A DNA stretch of 39,150 bases from Octopus bimaculoides (GCF_001194135.2 NC_068992.1:15536519-15575668); one strand, 5' to 3'; shown: positions 23,316-35,748, counted from the first letter of the stretch. The notes: generated by a model not told the origin, from the sequence alone. Numbers and translations are program-made.

Positions 23316-24099
23316 ATATATATATATATATAATCTTTTCTCCTCTCTCGTATTCAGCTGCTTGTCCATCTTTTCACACTCACGTAGCAACTCCACCATC
23401 AATCACCACTCATTAGTAGCAAACAACCAAATGGACATTCTCTGTTCGCAAATCCGGCATATTAATGAATGGATTACGCTATTAAGTCCCAACAGAACGA
23501 AAGCCAAAAACATAAGACAAAGAACAAAATTCCCATCAACATTAAATTCTAGTTACTATTGTCCAGCATTGTATTAACTTGCAATTTTATTTATTGCACC
23601 ATAAAATACCGAAGATTGTCACTTAGGATTTTTTTCTCAAATGTCAGCCATTATTCTCACGTGACCTCCGAACGCAGATGATCTCGTCTTTATTGAGCGA
23701 AATGAAAGAAGATTCCGACAAATATGAGAAGAACGTCATGCTTGTTTGTTTGTTTTTTGTAGTTGTTTTTGCTGTTTTCGTTTCGTTGCTGTTGACTTTG
23801 TTTTTCGTAACTTTTCTGGTTCAACTTCAGCTTTTAATTCTGACGTGCATTAATTGATATGTAACGCGTAGTAATTTAGGATTTATGCCAATGGTTATTA
23901 AAGAAAGACGATTCTGTGCCAAAGGTACAAATCAAAATTCTTGTGATAAAGCTAAGTTCCTTTCGATTTGAATTTCGAGGAACAGTTTCGATTCCCACTT
24001 ACATCTATTTCACATCGCGATTTCCGTCACTAATTTTCTAAATCGTCTGAAGTTTGTCAGAATCAGAAAATATTTGTTCCTGTTACAATTCCTTCAAAT

Positions 24100-24228
24100 G
24101 TTGGCACAAGGCTAGGAATTTTAAGAGGAAGGGGTTAGTCGATTGCATCGACCCCAGTAACTGGCTGGTACTTTATTTTAGCGCCCCCAAAGGGATGAAA
24201 GCCGAAGTTGTTTTCGGCGGGATTTTGT
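24100..24228 (-). mobile_element. SINE family B, 3' part
   Basis: ggcacaaggctaggaatttt...agtcgattgcatcgaccccagt...ctggtacttt. Confidence 0.75.
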
Positions 24229-24369
24229 ACATTATCCCTCGATTTGCACGGTAGATTGGTTCCATTAGTCCCCAATCAAATCGAAATAGTACAAAATGAG
24301 GGATGTACATTTTAATCGATATTAGTGATAAAAAGAACATACAAGTACAATATAAATATTTATTGAATT

Positions 24370-24520
24370 GAAGGTGGTGAGCTGGATGAATCGTTAGCAC
24401 ACCAGTCAAAATGCTTAGTGGAATTTCATTCCATCTTCATATTCTGAATTCAAATTCTGCCAAGGTTGACTTTGCATCCCATATTTTAGGGGTCGATAAA
24501 ATATATACCAATTGAGCACT
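24370..24520 (+). mobile_element. SINE family B, 5' part, truncated by the next insertion
   Basis: aaggtggtgagctggatgaatcgttagcacac...aggggtcgataaaat. Confidence 0.8.
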
Positions 24521-24800
24521 TGTTGTTGTTGGCACTCCGTCGCTTACGACGTTGAGGGTTCCAGTTGATCCGATCAACGGAACAGCCTGCTCGTGAAATT
24601 AACGTGCAAGTGGCTGAGCACTCCACAGACACGTGTACCCTTAACGTAGTTCTCGGGGAAATTCAGCGTGACACAGTGTAACAAGGCTGACCCTTTGAAT
24701 TACAGGCACAACAGAAACAAGAAGTAAGAGTGAGAGAAAGTTGTGGTGAAAGAGTACAGCAGGGTTCGCCACCATCCCCTGCCGGAGCCTCGTGGAGCTT
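24521..24800 (-). mobile_element. 3' end of a non-LTR retroelement with a (CAA)n tail, running into a gap
   Basis: GC-richer non-coding segment ending ...gacggagtgccaacaacaaca on the minus strand, abutting a truncated SINE B; family not assignable from sequence alone. Confidence 0.5.
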
Positions 24801-25744
24801 NNNNNNNNNNNNNNNNNNNNNNNNNNNNNNNNNNNNNNNNNNNNNNNNNNNNNNNNNNNNNNNNNNNNNNNNNNNNNNNNNNNNNNNNNNNNNNNNNNNN
24901 NNNNNNNNNNNNNNNNNNNNNNNNNNNNNNNNNNNNNNNNNNNNNNNNNNNNNNNNNNNNNNNNNNNNNNNNNNNNNNNNNNNNNNNNNNNNNNNNNNNN
25001 NNNNNNNNNNNNNNNNNNNNNNNNNNNNNNNNNNNNNNNNNNNNNNNNNNNNNNNNNNNNNNNNNNNNNNNNNNNNNNNNNNNNNNNNNNNNNNNNNNNN
25101 NNNNNNNNNNNNNNNNNNNNNNNNNNNNNNNNNNNNNNNNNNNNNNNNNNNNNNNNNNNNNNNNNNNNNNNNNNNNNNNNNNNNNNNNNNNNNNNNNNNN
25201 NNNNNNNNNNNNNNNNNNNNNNNNNNNNNNNNNNNNNNNNNNNNNNNNNNNNNNNNNNNNNNNNNNNNNNNNNNNNNNNNNNNNNNNNNNNNNNNNNNNN
25301 NNNNNNNNNNNNNNNNNNNNNNNNNNNNNNNNNNNNNNNNNNNNNNNNNNNNNNNNNNNNNNNNNNNNNNNNNNNNNNNNNNNNNNNNNNNNNNNNNNNN
25401 NNNNNNNNNNNNNNNNNNNNNNNNNNNNNNNNNNNNNNNNNNNNNNNNNNNNNNNNNNNNNNNNNNNNNNNNNNNNNNNNNNNNNNNNNNNNNNNNNNNN
25501 NNNNNNNNNNNNNNNNNNNNNNNNNNNNNNNNNNNNNNNNNNNNNNNNNNNNNNNNNNNNNNNNNNNNNNNNNNNNNNNNGGCCAGTGTAAATGGAGTAA
25601 TTAGAAAGAAAGAAAAAAAAAACAGTGAAATCAATCAAAATTGTTGTCATGAAATTCAGAGAATGCATCGTTCTTATTTCTCATTCGTAAGTTTACTGGG
25701 GACTTCAATGCTTTTTATTATTCGCGTGTTTTATAATCTTTTCT

Positions 25745-25872
25745 ACTTTAGGCACAAGGCCCGAAATTTTAGGGGAAGGAGCCAGTCGATTAGATCGACC
25801 CAAGTATGCAACTACTTAATTTATCGACCCCGAAAAGATGAAAGGCAAAGTCGACCTCAGCGGAATTTGAAC
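25745..25872 (-). mobile_element. SINE family B, 3' part
   Basis: tttatcgaccccgaaaagatgaaaggcaaagtcgacctcagcggaatttgaac. Confidence 0.85.
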
Positions 25873-26116
25873 GCGTGTTTTATAATGCAATGTTTGTTTG
25901 TTTTTTTTCTTTTTTGACAAACGAGAACTAAATTCAAATCCACATATTCATACTGCTAAAATTGGAATGAGAACACTGTTTTTGCTCATAATCACTGATG
26001 TGTAAATTCCACGTATTTAGAATAATAGGGTTCTAGGTATGCCTAACAGAATAAATTTATTCTTAAGGGCGAGTTCATAATTTTTGTTATGAACAGCGAT
26101 TTTAATAAAGTATATA

Positions 26117-26457
26117 CAGTAATCCCTTGCCATATCACGGTTCACCTATCGCGATTCACCTATCGCGGTTCACCTATCGCGGTTTATTATTATTTAAGCT
26201 TACGTCGATTCCTCTGTGGTGTTGTTTTGCATTTATAACAAAATAAATATATACAAATTATAAAAATAAAAAAAGGAAAATATACAGGCGCAGGAGTGGC
26301 TGTGTGGTAAGTAGCCTGCATACCAACCACATGGTTCCGGGTTCGGTCCCACTACGTGGCTTCTTGAGCAAGTGTCTTCTACTATAGCCTCGGGCCGACC
26401 AAAGTCTTGTGAGTGGATTTGGTAGACGGAAACTGAAAGAAGCCCGTCGTATATATG

Positions 26458-26492
<35 letters not shown>

Positions 26493-26777
26493 CTGTGTTT
26501 GTCCCCCTAGCATTGCTTGACAACCGATGCTGGTGTGTTTATGTCCCCGTAACTTAGCGGTTCGGCAAAAAAGACTGATAGAATAAGTACTAGGCTTACA
26601 AAGATAAGTCCCGGGGTCGATTTGCTCGACTATAGGCGGTGCTCCAGCATGGCCGCAGTCAAATAACTGAACCAAGTAAAAAGAGTAAAGAGTACTGTAC
26701 TGTTTCTACTTCGCGAATTTTCACCTATCGCGGTGGTGGGGTGGAACGTAACATCCGCGATAGTCGAGGGATTACTG
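26117..26777. mobile_element. pogo/Tigger-like MITE interrupted by a SINE
   Basis: TA|CAGTAATCCCTTGCCATATCACGG ... CCGCGATAGTCGAGGGATTACTG|TA: TIRs of about 23 bp with a TA target duplication. Confidence 0.85.
26287..26692 (+). mobile_element. SINE family A, full length, with internal (TA)n(TG)n
   Basis: A-box-like TGGCTGTGTGG, B-box-like GGTTCGGTCCC, central cttgagcaagtgtcttc, internal microsatellite, (aagagta)-type tail. Confidence 0.92.
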
Positions 26778-26914
26778 TACTTTCCCCTTTCGATGTACTC
26801 CCAAATGGTGCAGGCACTCTAGGTTAGGACTCCCTACCCTGAAGACACCGATTTCGTCCTATACTAAAACTAGATATACAAAGCTTAAATGCTCCGACAT
26901 TCACTAATATATAG

Positions 26915-27062
26915 AATTGTTTCGTAAGCAACTGTTCTGAGTTCAAATATCACCGAAGTTGACTTCACTTTTCTTCTATTTCGGGGTCGATAAAATCAAT
27001 ACCAATTGAGAACTGGTATCGATATAATCAACAGATCAACTTGTGCCAAAATTTGAAACTCT
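26915..27062 (+). mobile_element. SINE family B, partial
   Basis: ttctgagttcaaat...atttcggggtcgataaaat...cttgtgccaaaatttgaaac. Confidence 0.7.
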
Positions 27063-27078
27063 TGTTACTTAAGCAAAT

Positions 27079-27239
27079 AGGCGCAAGAGTGGCTGTGTGG
27101 TAAGTAGCTTGCTTACCAACCACATGGTTCTGAGTTCAGTCCCATTGCGTGGCACCTTGGGCAAGTGTCTTCTACTATAGCCAAGGGCCGACCAAAGCCT
27201 TGTCAGTGGATTTGGTAGACGGAAACTGAAAGAAACCTG

Positions 27240-27275
<36 letters not shown>

Positions 27276-27284
27276 TTTTGTGTC
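27079..27284 (+). mobile_element. SINE family A, 5' part into a gap
   Basis: ggcgcaagagtggctgtgtggtaagtagcttgc...ccttgggcaagtgtcttctactatagcc. Confidence 0.9.
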
Positions 27285-27652
27285 NNNNNNNNNNNNNNNN
27301 NNNNNNNNNNNNNNNNNNNNNNNNNNNNNNNNNNNNNNNNNNNNNNNNNNNNNNNNNNNNNNNNNNNNNNNNNNNNNNNNNNNNNNNNNNNNNNNNNNNN
27401 NNNNNNNNNNNNNNNNNNNNNNNNNNNNNNNNNNNNNNNNNNNNNNNNNNNNNNNNNNNNNNNNNNNNNNNNNNNNNNNNNNNNNNNNNNNNNNNNNNNN
27501 NNNNNNNNNNNNNNNNNNNNNNNNNNNNNNNNNNNNNNNNNNNNNNNNNNNNNNNNNNNNNNNNNNNNNNNNNNNNNNNNNNNNNNNNNNNNNNNNNNNN
27601 NNNNNNNNNNNNNNNNNNNNNNNNNNNNNNNNNNNNNNNNNNNNNNNNNNNN

Positions 27653-27715
<63 letters not shown>

Positions 27716-28210
27716 CGAAATTTGTGTTTATATAAATCTGAGATTGTGTTCTACTTTTGCTAAACAGCATAACATTAAAGTAGAAACTGTACGCAATAAA
27801 GTGTTTCTTTTACCGATATGATTTAATCGGAATAATTATCATTATAGAGTCTTTAATGTATTAATAATAATCTGATTCATTCAACCAATCTTATTTACGG
27901 GGAAAATAATAATTAAGCTCAATTCTTGTATGACGAATTTAATGCAGCGAAATGGAGAAATAGAATGACATATCGCGTAATTAGTTTCCGACAAAAGGGA
28001 AGTAAATCTGCTCACCTACAGTTACCATTCAATTTGATTATTTGAGTTTGTTCAATTTAAAATACTTTAGATCTCGGAAGTTATTTTACGTATTAGATTT
28101 CAATCAAATACAGTGGTTTGATAAAGGTCGAAAGCAGTACAGTACCTCAGTGATAAAACATTAATCGCGGACTGCCGGGCTCGAGATATACGATACTCTT
28201 GCTATTTTAG

Positions 28211-28250
28211 GTTAATCCGGCACTGAAATCGTATACTGTTTCTACAAATG
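28211..28250 (+). CDS. Candidate internal exon (VNPALKSYTVSTN), unknown gene
   Basis: ttttag acceptor, gtacgt donor, single open frame (phase 0 to 1); no homology recognised. Confidence 0.22.
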
Positions 28251-28420
28251 GTACGTTATAGGGACATAAACAAACGAACAAGTGGTGGAAGGGAGAACAC
28301 ACACACTCACAAAGACCGGCCTTCCCCATTTTTAATATACACTGCTCTACATCTTAGAGTGTGCTTCTTTTTTCGGATTTATGTTTTCTACAAACGACAT
28401 ACACACACACACACACACAC

Positions 28421-28565
28421 AATGGGCTTCCGTACAGTATCTGTTTTCCAAATTCACTGACAAAATATTGGTCAGTCCGGGTATAGTCGAAGACACTCTC
28501 CCGGGGTAAGGTGCTGTGCAGAGGGGCTGAACCCAAAACCATATGGTTACGAAGCAAGTTCTTAA
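28421..28565 (-). mobile_element. SINE family A head
   Basis: tttccaaattcactgac...gggtatagtcgaagacact...gctgaacccaaaaccatatgg. Confidence 0.75.
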
Positions 28566-28694
28566 TCCCAAATTCTGAGATATCTTTTAAAAAGTTGGAA
28601 TTAGCCCTTGGATAAGTCATTCTGAAACACCGAAGTTTCGCAGTAACCCTTTGAGAATATAGAGACAACTGAAAATTTCGTTCCACTTTCGTAG

Positions 28695-28757
28695 AAACTT
28701 GTAATCAGCTCGCTTATGCAAGTGCTGTCAATCGAAAACTCTACATAACAGACGCCA
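28695..28757 (+). CDS. Candidate exon (TCNQLAYASAVNRKLYITDA), YWTD-repeat-like
   Basis: ttccactttcgtag acceptor, gtagga donor, single open frame (phase 1 to 1); LAY...NRKLYITDA resembles the LDLR class B pattern LAVDWxxxKLYWTDA. Confidence 0.3.
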
Positions 28758-29764
28758 GTAGGATTCAAGGGTCATCAGGAGAGAATGCGCACCATTTCAT
28801 GACCTTCCTCTTGATAGCTTTACAACATATCGGCACTCCTTGCTAGGTCGACTGACAAGTATTTTCCAAAAGATAGACATTTAATTTTATGCAAAGGAAA
28901 TCAACTTGGTAGAACCAGTTGCCTGAGACCTACGCCCACAAGTAGAGTTAAATAAATCATTGCATGCAAACGAAACACAAGTTGTATTATTCGCTCAAGT
29001 GTTTTATACTCCATTTTTTTCTTTTGAGATACAACGCAGAAATAATGTGGTGATACGAACCAATGATCTTTTGGTTCATTGTAGTGTTTATTGCCTATTT
29101 ATTCAGTCGAACACGCTGTGCCATATATACTTATAGCCTCATAAAGTGGAAATAAAATACAAAATCAAAAAGGAAAAAAAAAACCTTATGACCAATCGAA
29201 TGGAAGAAAATTGCTTGTAACCAATATTCTACCTGACCAGACAAAGCAAGAAGAGATCAAGAAAAGAAACTCAACATTGATTGGGGTTTGTAATGTTAGA
29301 TACAGAAGATTATTTTACTGTTTTATAACATCAAAGCTTTCTCATAAAAAAAAGAAAGAAAGGAAAGGAAAAACACGTTCTGAAGCCGACATGAGAATTA
29401 AGCTCACAACATGAGATAACTATGAGACGATTATTGACTCTGCTTATCACAATACTCTAAATTACTTACAGAGAAATGGTTCATACATAGACTCTCGCAC
29501 GCGCACACACATATACATAGCCACACACACATAGACACACACACACACACACAGAGGAATCGAATTCAGCTTTTATTACATCTCTGCGCCAGATATATTG
29601 GTTAAGAATGTTGCTAGAATATGTTAAGTTTGAAGATTGTGAGTTCGAGCCCTAACCTCTTTTAATCGACAATAAACCTATTTGTTAAATACTGTTAAAT
29701 AAACAAATGTCAAAATATATGTTATTTTAAGCAAATATTTATGTATAAATTTTATAAGCGTTTA

Positions 29765-29833
29765 TAAGGGGGTCCCTAAGGTAAAGCCTGAAATATAAAG
29801 GGGTCCGCAAGTCAAAAAGTTTGAAGACCCCTG
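29765..29833. mobile_element. hAT-like MITE terminus (partner end not found)
   Basis: Reverse complement CAGGGGTCTTCAAACTTTTTGACTTGCGGACCCC resembles hAT/Charlie termini. Confidence 0.55.
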
Positions 29834-30089
29834 CTTTAGGCGACTGTCTACATCTGTAACATCGTGTTGACTAATAAATGTGAATAAATTTTAGCAGAAG
29901 AAAACTGAAGAGGCTTCAGTACGTGTATGTATTCGTGTTTATATTTACTGGTGTAAAACAAGTATTCGGTTAAGAAGCGTGACTTAGCCATTCGATACAT
30001 AGAGAGCAATGAAATAAGTAAATGGATCTCTGTCGTAACAAACTGATTTCCTCCCTAAATAGTCAGGTAATTTATATGCAAATGGATTT

Positions 30090-30309
30090 CTCTTTAGCAT
30101 TCACATTAATCTATCAAGCGTAATGTTTATTTACTCACATTGTTTTAAATTAATTATGTATTATCTTGTAGCTTCGAAATTTTAATGATGGGATTATATA
30201 TTTTTAGAATGATATTGTAGGGTAGGTGTGAGAGGCTGGATCTAGCTGGTTTGAACTTAAAACAGGTAGAATATTTTGGCCTGATGCGAGCGGTTTAAAT
30301 ACTAAATGG
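30090..30309. mobile_element. piggyBac-like MITE
   Basis: CTCTTTAGCATT ... AATACTAAATGG|TTAA imperfect TIRs; TTAA on the right, left TTAA decayed. Confidence 0.55.
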
Positions 30310-30354
30310 TTAATTAACTAAAGTTAATTTACTATGGAACTTGTATTAGATTAA

Positions 30355-30482
30355 CGACCCAAGTAACAAGAAAGGGTGAAAAGCAAAGTCGACTTCAGTG
30401 GAATTTGAACTCGGAACGTACAGAGCTGGAAGAAATGCCGCTGATTTTTTTTTTTTTTTTCGACTGGCTAAAGATTCTGCGG
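30355..30482 (-). mobile_element. SINE family B, diverged
   Basis: gcaaagtcgacttcagtggaatttgaactcggaacgta. Confidence 0.7.
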
Positions 30483-31144
30483 ATCTTTTTTAAAACGGGG
30501 GCCACATTTTTCATTAACGAAACACTTTGAAACTTGGAACACTGGTAGAATGTGTCATATAAAACATCTTTTTCTCTTAGTCTTCTTAAAAAAAAAAGAA
30601 ATCCCNNNNNNNNNNNNNNNNNNNNNNNNNNNNNNNNNNNNNNNNNNNNNNNNNNNNNNNNNNNNNNNNNNNNNNNNNNNNNNNNNNNNNNNNNNNNNNN
30701 NNNNNNNNNNNNNNNNNNNNNNNNNNNNNNNNNNNNNNNNNNNNNNNNNNNNNNNNNNNNNNNNNNNNNNNNNNNNNNNNNNNNNNNNNNNNNNNNNNNN
30801 NNNNNNNNNNNNNNNNNNNNNNNNNNNNNNNNNNNNNNNNNNNNNNNNNNNNNNNNNNNNNNNNNNNNNNNNNNNNNNNNNNNNNNNNNNNNNNNNNNNN
30901 NNNNNNNNNNNNNNNNNNNNNNNNNNNNNNNNNNNNNNNNNNNNNNNNNNNNNNNNNNNNNNNNNNNNNNNNNNNNNNNNNNNNNNNNNNNNNNNNNNNN
31001 NNNNNNNNNNNNNNNNNNNNNNNNNNNNNNNNNNNNNNNNNNNNNNNNNNNNNNNNNNNNNNNNNNNNNNNNNNNNNNNNNNNNNNNNNNNNNNNNNNNN
31101 NNNNNNNNNNNNNNNNNNNNNNNNNNNNNNNNNNNNNNNNNNNA

Positions 31145-31303
31145 GATCGACCACAGTACACAACTGGTATTTAATTTATCGACACCAAGAGGATGAAAGA
31201 CAAAGTCGACGTCGGTGGAATTTGAACTCATAAAGTAAAGACAGACGAAATGCCGCTATGCATTTTGCCCTGTGCGCTAACGTTGCTGCCAGTTTGCCGC
31301 CTT
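31145..31303 (-). mobile_element. SINE family B, 5' part
   Basis: ggatgaaagacaaagtcgacgtcggtggaatttgaactc...ctgccagtttgccgcctt. Confidence 0.85.
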
Positions 31304-31331
31304 AGAAAATAATAAATATTGTGAGGTATTT

Positions 31332-31374
<43 letters not shown>

Positions 31375-31526
31375 TAGTATGTGTCCGTAGTACGAAGATT
31401 ATGAAAATTGGAAGTTCGCCTTTGCTTGGGCCACTTTCCAAGGAACATCACAGTGGACATTGCGAATGAGAAATGTCAACATCTCCAACCATAGAAAAGA
31501 GGAAAATGCAAGTTAATGTTTTGCAG

Positions 31527-31600
31527 GTCGACAGAGAATCGAAACTGCGTCGCAAATACCGAGGCTTCTCGCCGCTTTACAAACCTTATTTTCATCAAAG
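31527..31600 (+). CDS. Candidate exon, frame ambiguous
   Basis: ttttgcag acceptor, gtataa donor; all three frames are open. Confidence 0.22.
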
Positions 31601-32120
31601 GTATAAAATACGTAATTTGATGAACCAACGAAGGAGCTTATTACCAGTCGCTTGACCTGCAATAAATAGTTGTTAAATCCCCACTAAAACCACACACTAC
31701 CAGCTTAAAAAATGGAACATTGTGTATCATGTAGTCTAAGGTTTACTTTAGTCGCTAAATAGTCGTTATAGTCATAGCTGTAATGTTTTTTATCGTAAAT
31801 ATGTGTGGTCCGTGCCACATTGGAGTTAAACAATAACAAATTTACTTACCTTATATAATTAGTGTTGATTATTTTGTCCACCTCTTTTTCTCTTATAATA
31901 TCCGTTGCCATCTACAAGAGCTTTTCCTTATTTCACGAGAATCTCCTTTATAATCATCAATAAAGTGTTTAAGAAGAAAAACCTCAAAGTCAGTTAGAGC
32001 TTTAGAAAAAAAAAACGACGCTATCATTATTATTATGATCAAACTGCAAATATCTGACGACGACAATTCCTTGGAGTACGGATGGAATTGCAGAGTTAAT
32101 GATAACTGTGTGCTTTACAG

Positions 32121-32157
32121 CCAGGTGGTTGTATATAGTGCCAAAATAATACCTCAA
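32121..32157 (+). CDS. Candidate micro-exon (QVVVYSAKIIPQ)
   Basis: tttacag acceptor (alternative ccag at 32124) and a consensus gtgagt donor. Confidence 0.22.
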
Positions 32158-32766
32158 GTGAGTTGCGTAAACATGAAAGGAAAGTTCGATCGATGTGTGT
32201 GATAGCGTCAGTTTTTCAGAAAATTAATTTAGGAGCTCAATTCGTACCACTAAACAAACAAAGCACTCGTTAAACTTATAACTACATACAACGAAGGTTG
32301 TAAAATTTTTCTTTAGATCTTCTTTTTTTTTTTTCTGAAAGTTTCGGGAATATTTTGACCTTTCAGTTTCACCTGATCAAAGAAACTTGTAAGTTGGTTT
32401 ATATTCTGTTTTTATTCATTTAGCTTTGAAAAAAAAACAAAAAAAAAACAAATTCCATCAACTTTATGTGAAGCGAACTGTTAACACCTTCAACAGTAAC
32501 AGCAGTTTGTCTAAATAATTAGAATGTTCCAGTACCATAAACCAATGAATTACCGAGCTCAGATATTTTATTTGAGGTTTAATACGAGAGAGATTTAAGA
32601 TGTTATTTGTGCTTTGCTTACATAGTTTAACTAAATGCAGCAAGCAATTTTTAAAAAAAACAGAAAAGAAGTAGTGATTTAATGGAAATATCAGTCAGAG
32701 ACCTACTGAATCGATAGAGCCGATCGGAGAGGTTATGTCTACATATCGATTCATGTATACGTGCAT

Positions 32767-32965
<199 letters not shown>

Positions 32966-33009
32966 TTAAAATAGTTTGATTCGGCCCTATGCGACTTAAA
33001 GTTTCGCAG

Positions 33010-33123
33010 GCTTCTAACCTCGTTAGGTTCAGATTACCGAATGGAGAAATACAAGAAGTCGAAACCGGCTACTGGAAAAATGGGATGCTATTGGTCAAGG
33101 CAGATAACATGATTTTGTTAGAA
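33010..33123 (+). CDS. Candidate exon ASNLVRFRLPNGEIQEVETGYWKNGMLLVKADNMILLE
   Basis: tttcgcag acceptor, gtgaga donor, 114 nt, phase 0 to 0, protein-like composition; family not recognised. Confidence 0.3.
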
Positions 33124-33235
33124 GTGAGATCTGCATTTCAGCGACACCAGATGCATTAGAAAGAAGAATTTCTTGGAACACGTGGCTGATGTCTAGCGAG
33201 CCTTTGGAGTATATGGATTTGTAATATGTTACTGG

Positions 33236-33672
33236 TGCAGGCCGGGCTATATGGTAAGACGTTTGCTTCAAAACTCACATCGTATCAGGTTCGCTACCAC
33301 TGCACAGCACTTTGGTCTACAGACTTGTGGGTGAATTTGGTAGAAGGAAACTGAAAGAAGTCACTCACGTGTACATGTATGTGTGTGCATGTATATGTTT
33401 ACGTGCGTATGTATTTTTATAAATAGGAATATGTACACACACGCACCCGCACACATACATACATACATACACATATATATATGTGTATATATGAGTGTGT
33501 TTGTGTTTGCACTTATTCCCCACCACCGCTTGACAACCGTTGTCAGTTTGTTTACGTCTCCTGTAACTTGGCAGTTCAGTAAAAATGAGGACGCCAGAGT
33601 ATTGGGGTCGGTTCGTTCGACTAAATCCCTTCAAGGCGATGCCCGAACACGGCCGCAGTCCACTGACAAGTA
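33236..33672 (+). mobile_element. SINE family A, diverged full length
   Basis: gtgaatttggtagaaggaaactgaaagaag...ccaccaccgcttgacaaccg...cggccgcagtc. Confidence 0.8.
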
Positions 33673-34037
33673 AAAAAAAAGTTTAAATATCTGTTTCTGT
33701 CTATATTTTCTCCATTATTTTGTATTTTACCTTTGTAATATGTTCTCATACATCACCTTTCTGGCAGATAAATTACATTATTACTGCAGTTATTCTTCCT
33801 TATTTATTATGAACGGTTTGTACCTTATACATGGCTGGTAGATCCACTTCTATTTGTCGAGTTGCAGCAAAATGTTTAGACATCAGTTTCTGAGTATACC
33901 TTATCCCCCATTCAACTGGCAACGTGCTGCCGGAACTGCTAAAATGATTATTGCTTTCATTGTATTTTTGAGACGCTTTGCACAGCCATTCTGGCATCAC
34001 TGATTCGACGCTGACTTAATTGACAGATGTTTCAATG

Positions 34038-34055
34038 TTCTTCACGTTCCCTTAC

Positions 34056-34095
<40 letters not shown>

Positions 34096-34102
34096 ATCTC
34101 TA

Positions 34103-34156
<54 letters not shown>

Positions 34157-34158
34157 AA
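34038..34158. repeat. (TC)n microsatellite
   Basis: Direct inspection. Confidence 0.95.
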
Positions 34159-34439
34159 TCTGTACATGTATACTTCTGCACACGCGCACGCGTGTGCGTT
34201 TGTCTCCAGAGCCAATTCGCTATCGCCCAAACAGCCACGCCAAATCGTCTCATTCTTATGACCCTCCCAGTTCGTTAAATACATTCCTTGCTACATAGTC
34301 CTCAAACTCTAGGGGGCTGAATCTACTTTTTTTCGTTGAATCCCTATAGAGCTATAAATTCTTAATCACTTTAATATCTGACATCTTTCATCGTTAGGTA
34401 TTAGTGACCTGTTTAACTAGTCATTCCTTTTGTTTCAAG

Positions 34440-34589
34440 TTACCCGTAATAACAATGACAAGATATTCAGAAGCTTCTGTCCCGAGTGTGCGACTCGCTA
34501 CAGCTCTGAAGATGCTAACAAAAATACACCGCCTTATCTTCAGTGCCAGGAGTCGACGACCAGGAAGTCTAAGTCCTTCTTCCCAGTAA
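34440..34589 (+). CDS. Candidate terminal exon (LPVITMTRYSE...PGSLSPSSQ*)
   Basis: ccttttgtttcaag acceptor; GC-richer island; another plus frame and one minus frame are also open. Confidence 0.18.
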   Translation, partial: LPVITMTRYSEASVPSVRLATALKMLTKIHRLIFSARSRRPGSLSPSSQ

Positions 34590-34719
34590 TACCGCTCCAT
34601 AGCACGCCGGTTGTAGGGGTTACACATGAGAATTGGAGAGGATGGGAAAACCGTCATGGAGAAGGGAAAAAGTGGAAGAAACAGAAGATTTTTATCAAGA
34701 GAAAGAATTTTTTTTTAAT

Positions 34720-34870
34720 GATTAATGATGAAGCTGGTGGTGCTGGTGGGTACTGTGGTAACTATAGTGATGATGAAGATGCTCATGAATTTTGATGGTG
34801 CTGGGGATTATGATGATGATGGTTACGAAGACGACAACGACGACGATGATGATGGTGATGGGTATATTGG

Positions 34871-34903
<33 letters not shown>

Positions 34904-34985
34904 TTATGTTGGTTTTGAAGATGATGATAGTGGTGGTGATGGTGATGATGGTGGTGATGATGAGGATGATGATGGTGATGATGAA
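34720..34985. repeat. (GAT)/(GGT) degenerate trinucleotide tract
   Basis: Direct inspection; source of the poly-D/H/M pseudo-ORFs. Confidence 0.9.
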
Positions 34986-35689
34986 TACATAAGCTGTCCA
35001 AAGATTAAGGACTTAAATATAAAATCTCCTATCACAAAGGTAGTAGAACATTCGCTGGATGTGGTTTTAACTATTACAATGACGAAATCGATCGTATAAT
35101 GGAAGCTCCATGGATTAGTCGCAAAAGAAAGAACAGGTTTCCATCTGATAAACAAACCTAGAAACTTGTTTGGTTTCGCAACATTAGAAGACAAGGAAAC
35201 TTTTGGGGAAGAAGAGGAGGAAATATGAAGACGAAAATGATAAAACCATTATTAGACAAATATACGAAATCTAGAATGAATGGGAATGCATCGGAAACCA
35301 GAAACGTAATGAAATAAAACTACTTCGTATTTGATTTTAATTCTAGTATGTGTAGCTTTCGTACAAATCAGTAAATGTTTTGTTTACCGGTTTCTATATT
35401 GGAGCAAGTATTTTTCGGTTTAGTTCAGACCTTCCGAGGTATTCATCACTGAGGAGTATCAAGTTAAGCCGATACACCGTGTCTGGCTTTCTTCGTGACA
35501 CACTGTGTTTTTAACACTAAAGTCATTTTGGGAAGTTTCTCTCATACAAAGTATTACGAGTCGTGCCGTTCCGTGTTTGTATACGTCATATACACCGGTC
35601 TTCTAAAACTATTTCTCTATTATTTTTCATCTTGTATTTGTTTCAGTCGTTACACTGCGGTCATTCTGCAGCACCACATTGGTGACTTT

Positions 35690-35748
35690 TTAGCCGAATG
35701 AATCGACCGCAGTACTCATCGTTCTTTAAGCTTCGTACTCATTCTATT
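35690..35748 (-). mobile_element. SINE family A tail fragment
   Basis: ttagccgaatgaatcgacc...aagcttcgtactcattctat. Confidence 0.5.

Noticed and set aside
23668-23710. Hammerhead-like CAGATGA-tctc...gagc-GAAA
   Set aside because: U4 is mutated and no helix I or III can be formed; compatible with chance.
26141-26182. Short direct repeats as a CRISPR-like array
   Set aside because: No spacers, 14-bp units inside a MITE, eukaryotic context.
34725-35099. Asp/Gly-rich and poly-His ORFs resembling biomineral or beak proteins
   Set aside because: Fully explained by a (GAT/GGT)n tract that is open in several frames.
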